DNA of 64,000 bases from Chloroflexota bacterium (GCA_040754535.1 JBFMCC010000023.1:28570-92569); one strand, 5' to 3'; positions 1-10,857 are shown, numbered from the stretch's first letter. Numbers and translations are program-made. Notes: generated by a model not told the origin, from the letters alone.

Positions 1-1786
<1,786 letters not shown>

Positions 1787-2078
1787 AGTTTTTAGTCTCC
1801 TAGTCGCTAGTCTGCTAGTCGTTGAATGCTAAAGGGTTTGACCAGCCGACTAGCTGACTATAAGACCAGATGACTAAACACGCAACTGGACGAAGGGGGA
1901 GGATAAGAGGATAATTGAAGCCACCTCAAATGTTCACCACATCCTCCGCATGGTAATCCACCTTCCCCGGCGCGCACGGGGGTGAAAGAAATGCCATTTG
2001 GCCTCATCCCTACCCCCTCACGAAACATTCCTGTAGGATTTCCAAAATGAGAGGGGAGTCGCGTGCTATAATTTCGGT

Positions 2079-2375
2079 ATGGAATTCATCTTCGAATGGG
2101 ACGCGAGCAAAGCAAGGATGAACCTCGCAAAACACAAGGTCCGTTTTGAGGAAGCGCAGACTATTTTTGCAGACCCTTTACTTGTCACTTTCCCTGATGA
2201 TTTCCACTCAAGGATGGAAGAACGGTTTATCAGTATCGGCATGTCAACGCGGGAACGGATGTTGCTTGCAGTGCATACGGAGCGTGAAGAAATCGGTGAA
2301 CGTATTGTAATTCGAATCATCAGTTGCCGAAAAGCAACGACCTCTGAAAGAAAAATCTATGAAGAAAACAAATAA
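2079..2375 (+). CDS. brnT: BrnT toxin (DUF497 family ribonuclease toxin)
   Basis: MEFIFEWDASKARMNLAKHKVRFEEA...FISIGMS...RIISCRKATTSERKIYE matches the BrnT consensus. TATAAT sits 7 bp upstream of the ATG (leaderless-like). Confidence 0.8.
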   Translation: MEFIFEWDASKARMNLAKHKVRFEEAQTIFADPLLVTFPDDFHSRMEERFISIGMSTRERMLLAVHTEREEIGERIVIRIISCRKATTSERKIYEENK

Positions 2376-2673
2376 TTCTCACAAGGACGACTTGCTCCCC
2401 GAATACAACTTCAAGGGTAAAAAGGGTGTTCGAGGCAAGTATGCCGAAGCCCTGAAACAAGGATATTCGATTCGGGTGACTAATGAAGACGGAACCGTCA
2501 CGGTCAAGCAGTTTGTGCCGCGTGAAAATACAGTGGTGCTCGATCCTGATGTGAAAGTCTATTTTCCTGATTCGGAGAGTGTCAATCGCGCATTGAGGTC
2601 GTTAATTGATTTGATTCCCGACAGAGGGAGGAGACAGGTTGCGGAGACAAAAGCCGGATACAAAGTGAAATGA
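2359..2673 (+). CDS. brnA: BrnA antitoxin (CopG/RHH-like C-terminus)
   Basis: EYNFKGKKGVRGKYAE...VVLDPDVKVYFPDSESVNRALRSLI is a typical BrnA motif. It overlaps brnT by 17 bp. Confidence 0.75.
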   Translation: MKKTNNSHKDDLLPEYNFKGKKGVRGKYAEALKQGYSIRVTNEDGTVTVKQFVPRENTVVLDPDVKVYFPDSESVNRALRSLIDLIPDRGRRQVAETKAGYKVK

Positions 2674-2713
2674 GGGAATTAATTAACGGTGGGCATGAGT
2701 AGAGGCACAGCCA

Positions 2714-3385
2714 ATGTTTAACGTGACCCCTGTCTGGAGATCCTCCTTCCCCGGCGCGCACGCGGGGATATTGGTCATGCGAAATGTTTCCAATCCCGCG
2801 CATCACGCCGAGTTGGAAAAGCGCAAAACAGAATTGGAGGAGCAATTGCGCTCCCAACTCGCGGGGCAGGACCGCGCCTCGATTGCGAGTCATCCCGTTT
2901 TGCAAGCCTACGGGGAGTATTACAAGCGCTTCAAAAAGACCTACCACGTTCAATTGCAATTGGAGTCGATTATCTTGAAAGGGAAGTCCATTCCAAGCGT
3001 GGCGTCGCTGGTCGAGTGCATGTTCATGGCAGAGGTGAAGAATATGTTGCTGACCGCGGGACACGATTTGGATGCCCTGCGCCTGCCTCTCACCTTGGAT
3101 GTTTCAAAAGGGACTGAGAGTTATATACTGCTGAGAGGCGACGAACAGGTCCTCAAGGCGGGCGACATGTTCATCAGCGACCAGCGCGGCGTCATTTCGA
3201 GCATCATCTATGGTCCCGATCAGCGCACGCAGATCACCGCGTCCACGCGCAATGTGGTGTTCACGGTCTACGCGCCCGCAGGGATTGACGAACCGTTAAT
3301 CATGCAACATCTTCAAGACATGCGCGATTATGTGCTGATCGTCGCTCCACAGGCTGAGGTGGAATTGCTCAAAATTTATACTTGA
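2714..3385 (+). CDS. B3/4 domain-containing protein (COG3382, PheT B3/B4-like)
   Basis: Length and motif pattern fit the B3/4 tRNA-binding-like family. Confidence 0.6.
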   Translation: MFNVTPVWRSSFPGAHAGILVMRNVSNPAHHAELEKRKTELEEQLRSQLAGQDRASIASHPVLQAYGEYYKRFKKTYHVQLQLESIILKGKSIPSVASLVECMFMAEVKNMLLTAGHDLDALRLPLTLDVSKGTESYILLRGDEQVLKAGDMFISDQRGVISSIIYGPDQRTQITASTRNVVFTVYAPAGIDEPLIMQHLQDMRDYVLIVAPQAEVELLKIYT

Positions 3386-3402
3386 CAGCTTCGGGAGAAA
3401 TT

Positions 3403-3606
3403 TCAGGATATCCTTGACTTCAACTCTTTCGGGTCGAGATACATCTCCACGTACCCGCAGTTCGGGCAGGCGCGCGCCTGGCGAATCTGCGTCACGGTTC
3501 TCAACATTCCCGTTTGCTTTTTCGACACATATCCAATCGGGTCGCTCGCGGACAGTAGGCCTTCGTCCATGGGCTGGCTGCATTTGGGACAGGGGTGTGT
3601 CTCCAT
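3403..3606 (-). CDS. small zinc-ribbon protein (COG3478/DUF2082-like)
   Basis: METHPCPKCSQPM...ACPNCGYVEMYLD has a CPxC...CxxCGY motif, with AGGAGG 6 bp upstream of this ATG. The longer 86-aa ORF start lacks an RBS. Confidence 0.6.
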   Translation of the reverse strand: METHPCPKCSQPMDEGLLSASDPIGYVSKKQTGMLRTVTQIRQARACPNCGYVEMYLDPKELKSRIS

Positions 3607-3715
3607 CTGATCCTCCTTTTCTACGGATAAACAAGTATGGCGAATTATAAGGCAGTCTATCATTAATTCACCCGCACGAAAGGATATAATCCATAAAACT
3701 TATCGGAGGCTCACC

Positions 3716-3931
3716 ATGAAAAAAGGAACCTGTCCCAAATGCAATTCATCCAATGTGTATTTCAAATCTTATGCGCTGGACAAGGTCACGTTAGATGGAA
3801 AAGGCGTGGAATACTCGGACTACGTCTGTACCGACTGCGGCTACTTCGAGACCTATATCACCGACAAGGATGCGTTGAGCAAAATCCCCGTCCGCGCTGA
3901 AAAACTTGGGGATTGGCAGAGGGTCCAGTGA
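3716..3931 (+). CDS. small zinc-ribbon protein, paralog of 3403-3606
   Basis: MKKGTCPKCNSSNVYF...CTDCGYFETYI, with a GGAGG RBS. It is transcribed divergently from its paralog. Confidence 0.65.
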   Translation: MKKGTCPKCNSSNVYFKSYALDKVTLDGKGVEYSDYVCTDCGYFETYITDKDALSKIPVRAEKLGDWQRVQ

Positions 3932-4272
3932 GTCCGCCTTCCAAGACCCCCGTCCTCGTTTCGGTCATCGTGACCCTCATCCTGCTCATCCTCGTCGGGA
4001 TTGTGTCCATGTTCGGACAGGTCGTCCTGCTCAACGGCGTCATCAGTGACCGTCAGACTGGCACGGCTCTGGGAATCGGCCTCGGATGCAATGGCCTGAC
4101 CATCATCCTCGCGGCGATGTTCGCCCGCTGGCTGGCAAAACTACTGCTCGGAAAAGCCAACTGGCATCCTTTCCCATCGGTCGCGGTCGCTGTCATTGTG
4201 AGCGTTGGGCTGGGGATTTTCTTTTCCTTCCTTTCGATCATCGTCGGCACAATGGCCGCGGGAATCCGATAA
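3913..4272 (+). CDS. small integral membrane protein (3-4 TM), hypothetical
   Basis: Hydrophobic segments VLVSVIVTLILLILVGIV, LGIGLGCNGLTIILAAMF and VAVAVIVSVGLGIFFSFLSIIVG. The start is ambiguous (TTG 3913 or GTG 3928) and overlaps the end of the upstream zinc-ribbon gene. Confidence 0.5.
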   Translation: MAEGPVSPPSKTPVLVSVIVTLILLILVGIVSMFGQVVLLNGVISDRQTGTALGIGLGCNGLTIILAAMFARWLAKLLLGKANWHPFPSVAVAVIVSVGLGIFFSFLSIIVGTMAAGIR

Positions 4273-4285
4273 GCCGCAGGGACGC

Positions 4286-4672
4286 ATGCTCCCCCTCCAC
4301 GAAGTCGAGACCTTCCTCCAACATACCCCCGCGCACTTGCAGGAGATCGTGCTGGAATTGCGGAATATCATTGCTTCGGTCGCGCCCGACGCGGTGGAGA
4401 TCGTCCGCTGGGGTGGACTCAGCTACTTCCACGAAGGACGCGGCGGAGTCGTCAGCGCGGGGATGTGTCAGATTGGTATCCACAACGACCACGTCCGCCT
4501 GGCATTCATCCACGGGGCGTTCCTGCACGAGCCGCGCGGACTCTTCGAGGGGACTCAGAAATACAAGCGTTTCATCAGGATCGATTCCTACGACGACGCA
4601 CCCTGGGGCTATTTCAGGGAATTGATTCTGTCCGCGTCCAAATTCGACCCGCGCCTGCTTCCGTCCGAATAA
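4286..4672 (+). CDS. DUF1801 (YdhG-like) domain protein
   Basis: The HLQEIVLELRNIIASVAPDAVEIVRWGGLSYF pattern is typical of DUF1801. ATG 4286 is preferred over the upstream non-ATG start of the listed ORF. Confidence 0.6.
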   Translation: MLPLHEVETFLQHTPAHLQEIVLELRNIIASVAPDAVEIVRWGGLSYFHEGRGGVVSAGMCQIGIHNDHVRLAFIHGAFLHEPRGLFEGTQKYKRFIRIDSYDDAPWGYFRELILSASKFDPRLLPSE

Positions 4673-4779
4673 AATCTCCCCCGCCGCGCGGGGGAGTCAC
4701 AAGAATTTCCGTCTTGCCAAAATAGAAATTGTGTTCTAAAATATAGCGGCCTGCTCAATTCGCCAAGGGAGTTGACCTT

Positions 4780-5253
4780 ATGACAGATCAATCCATCAAA
4801 CGGGAAGATTTTCTCGACAATCTCTTCAACCTTTTGGATGAGACCTTCGAGAATCATCACGGCATCTACCTCGACGAAAACAACTCGCTTCTCGATACGC
4901 TGAAAACGATCTCCGCGCAAGAGGCCTCCATCCCGGTCGGAGGCAAATGCGCCTCCCTCGCCGCGCAGGTGTCTCACGTCATCTTCTATCTCGAGGTGCT
5001 CGAACGCTATATCGTTCACCATGACACCAGTTCCGTGGATTGGGGCGAGATCTGGCGCACTGTGGAAAAGGTCACACCCGAGGAATGGGCCGCGCTGAAA
5101 GCGAAACTCGAAGCGACCTATCGCCGTATTGACAAAACGCTCCGCGAAAATACCGCGTGGAACGGAGACGCCATCAGCGGCTCGATGGCGATTGTCGTGC
5201 ATACTGCGTATCACCTGGGCGAGATCCGCCAGGCGCTGTGTATGTTGAAATAA
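4780..5253 (+). CDS. DinB/YfiT-like (DinB_2) metal-dependent hydrolase family protein
   Basis: Four-helix DinB pattern, with H..H and YHLGEIRQ near the C-terminus. Confidence 0.65.
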   Translation: MTDQSIKREDFLDNLFNLLDETFENHHGIYLDENNSLLDTLKTISAQEASIPVGGKCASLAAQVSHVIFYLEVLERYIVHHDTSSVDWGEIWRTVEKVTPEEWAALKAKLEATYRRIDKTLRENTAWNGDAISGSMAIVVHTAYHLGEIRQALCMLK

Positions 5254-5263
5254 AGGAGTTCCC

Positions 5264-5491
5264 ATGCCTGCACGTCCGCGTTACCCCATGCCCGATTTCT
5301 TCCGCGACACACTCAATGCACGCGGTTTGATGGATGCCTATCTAGCACGTCCACCTTATCAGCAGAACGATTACATTGGCTGGATCATGCGCGCCAAACA
5401 GGAAGCCACACGGCAAAAGCGATTGAATCAAATGGTGGATGAACTGGAGCGCGGCGGAGTCTACATGCGAATGAAGTGGCATCCGAAATGA
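5264..5491 (+). CDS. YdeI/OmpD-associated family protein (PF13376-like)
   Basis: PYQQNDYIGWIMRAKQEATRQKRLNQMVDELERGG, with an AAGGAG RBS. Confidence 0.65.
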   Translation: MPARPRYPMPDFFRDTLNARGLMDAYLARPPYQQNDYIGWIMRAKQEATRQKRLNQMVDELERGGVYMRMKWHPK

Positions 5492-5622
5492 AAATAATTG
5501 GCCGTCACATTGAGCGTGACGGTTAATTATTTGCGGAGGTTGATAAAGTTAAACGCAGGGAATGTGTGCTATAATCCTTAAGTCAAGTTAATACAGTATA
5601 AACTGTATTTGGGCCGTTCGTT

Positions 5623-5997
5623 CTAAAGTACATGGCGGGGGAACAATTTCGTCGGTCCATTTTCCTTGAGCCATTGGTTCTTCCGAAACAAACAAAATGC
5701 CCCGCCGTCATACCAACGGGGATGGTTATTGCTGTCGTCGGTCAGATCCTTGATTTGCATCAAAGAAGTGAAGAGCGTATTCGAGAACAGGGGATAAATT
5801 TCATGTCCAAGCGCCCATTTCACTAAAAACTCGTCCATCCGCTGTAATTGGTGTTTACAGTATCTTCTCAATCCTTGAGGGAAATCTGCCCACAGCCTCG
5901 GTTTCACGAGGTCAGGACACGGGCAGAGTTGGCCTCGGTCAAATGATTGAAAGGATACAGAATATAGGAGATTTAAAAACATGATCGCATACCTCAT
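5623..5997 (-). CDS. hypothetical protein in low-GC islet
   Basis: 124-aa ORF in the AT-richer segment upstream of the GT14 gene. No recognisable motif, so it may be spurious. Confidence 0.25.
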   Translation of the reverse strand: MRYAIMFLNLLYSVSFQSFDRGQLCPCPDLVKPRLWADFPQGLRRYCKHQLQRMDEFLVKWALGHEIYPLFSNTLFTSLMQIKDLTDDSNNHPRWYDGGAFCLFRKNQWLKENGPTKLFPRHVL

Positions 5998-6907
5998 CCT
6001 TGTACATCGCTACCCCAACCAGTTCAAAAGACTCTTCAGGGCCATCTATCATCCTGCCAACTATTACCTGATCCATGTGGATAAAAGATCGGGTGTCGGG
6101 TTGCAGAAGGAAATACAGGATTTTCTGGCAGGTTTTTCCAACGCTTCCATGCTGAAGAGTGAAAAAGCCCTTTGGGGAGGATACAGCCTAGTGAATGCTG
6201 AATTGCGCGGCATCAAGGAATTATTGAAGATGGGCTTGAAATGGGAATTCTTCATAAACCTTAGCGCCCAGGATTTCCCTCTAAAATCGCAGGCCTACAT
6301 CCATAACTTTCTTAGTCTGCACAAAGGAAAAGATTTTCTCAAAGTGGCTAATCAAAGCAAGTTCCGCCCCGATACGCTATCGCGCATAGAAAACTATGTC
6401 ACCGAGTCTGGTGATGATATCGTAAACACTCCTGTTCTTAAACGCCCATTCCTTCGAGGCGTGACTCCATATATTGGAAATCAATGGATGATCCTGAGCC
6501 GAAGGTTCTGTGAATTTGTATCCTATAGTCCTGAGGTCGAAAGGTTCAAGAAATTCTATCGGAATACCTTCATCGCGGATGAAGGATTCTTTCAAACGGT
6601 GATCATGAATACCAGTTACAAGGGAATCATCGTGAACGACGATAAAAGGACGATTGACTGGGTGCCGATGGGGACAATAAAATTGCGTCCAAGAGACTTC
6701 ACATCCAAAGATGCTACTTTCCTGATGTCAAGCCAGGATCTGTTCGCCCGCAAATTCGATGAAACTGTTGATGGGGATATCCTGGACATTTTGGAGTCGC
6801 ATCTATCGCCTCCGTCCGCCATACCGGCAAGACGATCCCATTGGCTGGATCGTACGCGCCAAACAGGAAACTTCGCGGCAGAAGCAATCGAATCCAATGC
6901 TGGATGA
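5981..6907 (+). CDS. glycosyltransferase family 14 (core-2/I-branching enzyme, PF02485)
   Basis: MIAYLILVHRYPNQFKRLFRAIYHPANYYLIHVDKRS is a GT14 N-terminal signature. GC is markedly lower (~45%) than the flanks. The last ~35 codons read out of frame through a YdeI-like remnant. Confidence 0.75.
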   Translation: MIAYLILVHRYPNQFKRLFRAIYHPANYYLIHVDKRSGVGLQKEIQDFLAGFSNASMLKSEKALWGGYSLVNAELRGIKELLKMGLKWEFFINLSAQDFPLKSQAYIHNFLSLHKGKDFLKVANQSKFRPDTLSRIENYVTESGDDIVNTPVLKRPFLRGVTPYIGNQWMILSRRFCEFVSYSPEVERFKKFYRNTFIADEGFFQTVIMNTSYKGIIVNDDKRTIDWVPMGTIKLRPRDFTSKDATFLMSSQDLFARKFDETVDGDILDILESHLSPPSAIPARRSHWLDRTRQTGNFAAEAIESNAG

Positions 6908-6956
6908 ATTGGAACGAGGTGGAGTCTATATGCGGGTGAAGTGGAATCCCAGATGA
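6800..6956 (+). pseudogene. 5'-truncated YdeI-family paralog (remnant)
   Basis: RPPYRQDDPIGWIVRAKQETSRQKQSNPMLDELERGGVYMRVKWNPR is ~75-80% nt-identical to the 3' half of 5264-5491. The N-terminal third is missing and is replaced by the GT14 3' end. Confidence 0.6.
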
Positions 6957-6992
6957 TATGCAGGGGCGAGTCTAAGACTCGCCCCTGCGGTT

Positions 6993-8255
6993 TTAATCGG
7001 CAGGCACTGCCTCCGTTTCCTCATCCGCTTCAATCGCGGACTGGGAGTTGGCGCGTCGGATGAAGAACAGCGCGGGGGTCAGGAGCAGACTCGAGGTCGC
7101 GAGCGAAGCGACCGCGGAACCGAACGCCGCGATCACCGCCACGATGGGACCTCCCAGCATTTGCCCGACGGCGTCCACCTGTCCAAACATCGAGTGGACC
7201 GTGGCGCGAACTTTGGAGTCCAGCCTCTGGTTGATCCACGCGGTCTGCAAGGGGATGTGAACGTCGCGCAAGGCATCAATGACGAGATACAAGGCAAGGC
7301 TGAGAATCAGGAACGGTGAGAGCGCAAAGCCAAGCATCGCAAGGGAAATGCCAGCGGTCACAATGAAGACCGCGCGGCCGATTGCCAACGGACTCGACGA
7401 GTCCACGCGCTTCTCCACGAAACGGACCGCGAGAATGGTGAGAATGGTGCCTGCCACGCGCAACACTGCGAAGAACGCGACCTGATTATTCCCAAAGATG
7501 ACGGGCAACTCAAACGTGTCGAGCAGGTGCTTGACCCACAGGCGGTCGAAGCCTTCGCTGTAGATGCCGAAGAACAGGCCGATGAAGACGATGTTCATCA
7601 GCCGCGGCCTGGCGCGGACCGCCTTCACGCCCTGCCTGAAGGTGTGCAACATGTGCTGCCATGTATTGCGGTCCTCGCGCGGGGTGGGATGGAATCCCGT
7701 CTCGGGCATGACAACCACGAGCGTGACGCCAATGAGCATGACGCCGATTGCGCCAACCTGAATCGGCATGGCGACGTTGCTTGCGCCGACCAGCATGGCA
7801 AGACCCATTCCGGTGAGCGAGGCGAACAAACCGATCTGCGTGGCGCGCAGGAAGAGTTTGTTGGCTTCGTCTTCGCCGATCTCGTCCGTGATCCAGGCCT
7901 GCGTCGCGCCCGATGTAAAGGTGTAACCCAAACCCCAGACGACCTGCGCCAGCAGGATCGGGATGAACGATGGAAAGAGTCCTTCGACGAGAAAGCCCAG
8001 TCCCATCAACACGTAACCGATGATGATGGACAGCCTGCGCGAGTACACGTCCGCCACGATGCCTGTCGGCACTTCGAACACGAACGCGGAGATCTCGAGC
8101 GCCGTCCCGACGAGGATGAGTTGAACAGGCGTCAACCCCGCGACGGTGGCTTCGTACAACGACGTAACAGTAAACATCATCGCAAAGAAGACCGACGCGC
8201 TGAATTCGATGAACAGGTAAACGAATCGCGGATTCAACTTCAAGCGATAAAACAT
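6993..8255 (-). CDS. MFS transporter
   Basis: 420 aa with 12 predicted TM segments and MFS-like loop motifs. Confidence 0.8.
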   Translation of the reverse strand: MFYRLKLNPRFVYLFIEFSASVFFAMMFTVTSLYEATVAGLTPVQLILVGTALEISAFVFEVPTGIVADVYSRRLSIIIGYVLMGLGFLVEGLFPSFIPILLAQVVWGLGYTFTSGATQAWITDEIGEDEANKLFLRATQIGLFASLTGMGLAMLVGASNVAMPIQVGAIGVMLIGVTLVVVMPETGFHPTPREDRNTWQHMLHTFRQGVKAVRARPRLMNIVFIGLFFGIYSEGFDRLWVKHLLDTFELPVIFGNNQVAFFAVLRVAGTILTILAVRFVEKRVDSSSPLAIGRAVFIVTAGISLAMLGFALSPFLILSLALYLVIDALRDVHIPLQTAWINQRLDSKVRATVHSMFGQVDAVGQMLGGPIVAVIAAFGSAVASLATSSLLLTPALFFIRRANSQSAIEADEETEAVPAD

Positions 8256-8290
8256 GCTTCACCTATAGTTTCCAGACTTCCGAAGTCTGA

Positions 8291-9619
8291 TTAGAATATC
8301 GGGAACACGTCGGAGAGGCGTTTTGGAAAGAGAATATCGAGCAGGACGCGGCTGGAGTTATTCATACATGTGCAATCTGCGAAACCAAACTCCAGTTCCG
8401 CGAACGAACGGTAGCCGAAGAGTAGTTGCAGGAACGTCAAGTCGGGGAAATTGGCGTGCGGTTCGTCCGTGATTTTGGGTTTCCACGTCCCGACCTTCTT
8501 CAGCCTGCCGCGCGCGAAGACCAGCCGAAGACCGCCGCGGTAAAAGGAGAGGAGCAATTCACCGCTGTATCCCACCGCGATGGATTCTGCCAGGCGTTTT
8601 TCCAGCACAGGCGCGATATGACGGATGAACCCCGCCAAGTCGGGCACGCGCAGGAACCACGCGTAGGGCTCGCGGACAGAGGGAAGCGCGTCGCCCAGCG
8701 CATCGTAAGAGGGATGTTGTGCACCAAGCATGAAGCCAAACGAGGTACGCGTCCGCTTGTCGCGTTTGGCATATTTTCCGCCCGTCTTCCACAGGTAACG
8801 CGCGACGCAGGGAGTCACGTCCAGCCATGAGACGCCGGGCGCGAGTTCGCAGCCCAGCGCGGTCAACCCGGTCATGCCGAGGAAACTGGAATGCTGGAAA
8901 TATCCCAGCCGCCTGCCGCGCGCGTCCTCGATGACGCGCAACTCGAAGCGGTTGACGTTTTTTCTGCTCTGCCCCTCCAATTCATACGCAAACACGTCCA
9001 CGCCGCGCACGCACGAGAGCATGTAACGCTTCTGCGTCCCGGCATAGACTTTGGCGATGAAGGACAGGTCGCGCTTCGTCGCGGGGCGGATGCGGTACTT
9101 CTCCTTTTCCCCCTTCTTCAAGCGCGGCACGTTCGCCTCGTGGCCGAAGCGACGGCCGACAAAATCAAGCGCCATCTCGTAACCGAACTGGCGATAGAAA
9201 TACGGAATGCCCGTAATGGCCTGCACCGGCAGGTTCCGCTCGACGCACCATTGATGGATCACCTCGAACTGGATTCGCACCAGTCCGCGCTTGCGGAACT
9301 CGGGCAGGGTGCCGACAAGTTCGGGCCGCCCGACGCCGAACGGGATTCCCTCGTAGGTCCACGTCTGCGGGATCAGATTCATCGAGGAGACGATGCGCCC
9401 GGTGGCAGCCTCCTCGACAAGGGTGAAATCGCCGGGGGTGAGAGTCGGATGAGGCCGGGTAAGCAGGTCGCGGGTCCAAGCCGCGACGCGCACTTCATCC
9501 GCCGGGTCCTCACCATGGATGCCTCCGTTGAAGTCGGCCAGCGCGTCCGCATCCGCGGACGTGGCGCGGCGCAGGATCAGGCCGTCCCCCAGATCGCGAA
9601 GGATAGGTTGTGTTGTCAC
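8291..9619 (-). CDS. GNAT family N-acetyltransferase, Eis-like multidomain (GNAT+GNAT+SCP2-like)
   Basis: 442 aa. The N-terminal GNAT fold (RRATSADADALADF...RKRGL) with a C-terminal extension resembles Eis-type architecture. Confidence 0.6.
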   Translation of the reverse strand: MTTQPILRDLGDGLILRRATSADADALADFNGGIHGEDPADEVRVAAWTRDLLTRPHPTLTPGDFTLVEEAATGRIVSSMNLIPQTWTYEGIPFGVGRPELVGTLPEFRKRGLVRIQFEVIHQWCVERNLPVQAITGIPYFYRQFGYEMALDFVGRRFGHEANVPRLKKGEKEKYRIRPATKRDLSFIAKVYAGTQKRYMLSCVRGVDVFAYELEGQSRKNVNRFELRVIEDARGRRLGYFQHSSFLGMTGLTALGCELAPGVSWLDVTPCVARYLWKTGGKYAKRDKRTRTSFGFMLGAQHPSYDALGDALPSVREPYAWFLRVPDLAGFIRHIAPVLEKRLAESIAVGYSGELLLSFYRGGLRLVFARGRLKKVGTWKPKITDEPHANFPDLTFLQLLFGYRSFAELEFGFADCTCMNNSSRVLLDILFPKRLSDVFPIF

Positions 9620-9658
9620 GGTCGTTCATCTTTCCCTGACGACCGTCACAAACAGCCG

Positions 9659-10264
9659 TCAGTTGTAATCGAGGAGTTGTTCGATTTTGACGAGAGCCTT
9701 TCCCGTCTCTTTGAATTGGATGCCGCACATGCCCAGGGCGCGCGCCGCCTCGACGTTCTCCGCGAAGTCGTCCACGAACATGGATTCTTCGGGCTTCACG
9801 TTCAGCGCCTCCAGCGCGATCCGGTAGATGCGCGCCTCGGGCTTCATCACGCCCACCTCGGCCGAGATGACCATGTGGTCGAAGGCGTCGTCGAATCCCA
9901 TGCGGACGATGTACTCGCGCAGGTCGGGAAAGGCGTTGCTGATCAGGCCGGTCCGGTAACGCGGGCGCAGGGAACGCAGGAACTCCACCAGCGGGCGGTC
10001 CACCGCATCCCCGGCGAAGAACTCATCGCGTATGGACTGCGCCTCCGCAGCCGGGAGGCCGAGCCTGCGGGCCACGGCCTCCCAGTGCTGTTCGGTGCGA
10101 ATCTCGCCAAGCGATGCCTGCCGGGCAGTCGGGCTTTCGAAGACGATCTTGACCAGGTCCTCGTACTCCAGCCCAAGCCGTTCGGCCAATCGCTGGCGCG
10201 GCGCCTGATGCTCGGTGCGGACGATCACGCCTCCAAAGTCGAAAAAGACAGCGCGAAAGTTCAC
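9659..10264 (-). CDS. HAD-IA family hydrolase
   Basis: N-terminal FFDFGGVIV (DxG motif I) and a C-terminal FVDD motif. Confidence 0.8.
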   Translation of the reverse strand: MNFRAVFFDFGGVIVRTEHQAPRQRLAERLGLEYEDLVKIVFESPTARQASLGEIRTEQHWEAVARRLGLPAAEAQSIRDEFFAGDAVDRPLVEFLRSLRPRYRTGLISNAFPDLREYIVRMGFDDAFDHMVISAEVGVMKPEARIYRIALEALNVKPEESMFVDDFAENVEAARALGMCGIQFKETGKALVKIEQLLDYN

Positions 10265-10269
10265 GCCGA

Positions 10270-10857
10270 TTATTTCCTGCCGGACTTCTTTTTGGCCGCC
10301 GGTCGGGAGGCGCCCTTGGACTTCTTCACGGGCCTGGCGGATTTCTTGACGGCCTTGGGACTGGCCTTCTTGACGGCCTTTTTCGCCGCGGGCTTGGACG
10401 GCTTCCTCTTCACAACTGGTTTCTTCGCGGCTTTCCCGGACTTGGGGCGGGCCGCCTTTGCCGGGGCCTTTTTCGCCGCCGCGGGCTTATGCCGCTTCAC
10501 TGCCGGCGCGGCCTTTTGCGGAGCCGAAGGCGCAGGCATGGACGCGACCGGCGCTACCGCTGCCGGCGTCTGCATTACCGGCGCGGGTGGCGGCGCGACC
10601 GGCGCCGGCATGACGGGCGCAGGAGTCGGCTCGGCGGGCGCGGAGCCTTCAGCAGATGCCGTGGCCGCGAGCGCGCTCTGCCAGCCGGGATTGGCCATCT
10701 CCAGCCGCTCACGAGAGATCGGGTTGGCGCGGCGGCAGCGCGGACAATGCGCATCGAAGTGGTTCAGGTTCTCCGCCTGCATGGTTTGCAGGGCGTTCAG
10801 CATTGTCTCACGGCTGAGGGTGAACATGTTCTGACAGTACATACAGCGCAGGTTCAT
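10270..10857 (-). CDS. zinc-ribbon protein with Pro/Ala-rich linker and Lys/Ala-rich histone H1/AlgP-like tail
   Basis: CMYCQNMF...CPRCRR is a C4 zinc ribbon. It is followed by PAPVMPAPVAPPPAPV and then ~70 aa of KPAAAKKAPAKAARPK repeats. AGGAGG RBS. Confidence 0.7.
   Translation of the reverse strand: MNLRCMYCQNMFTLSRETMLNALQTMQAENLNHFDAHCPRCRRANPISRERLEMANPGWQSALAATASAEGSAPAEPTPAPVMPAPVAPPPAPVMQTPAAVAPVASMPAPSAPQKAAPAVKRHKPAAAKKAPAKAARPKSGKAAKKPVVKRKPSKPAAKKAVKKASPKAVKKSARPVKKSKGASRPAAKKKSGRK

Noticed and set aside
8891-10834. 647-aa plus-strand ORF
   Set aside because: It runs antisense across three independently supported minus-strand genes (GNAT, HAD, Zn-ribbon protein). The product is low-complexity and Arg/Ala-rich, so it is a GC artefact.
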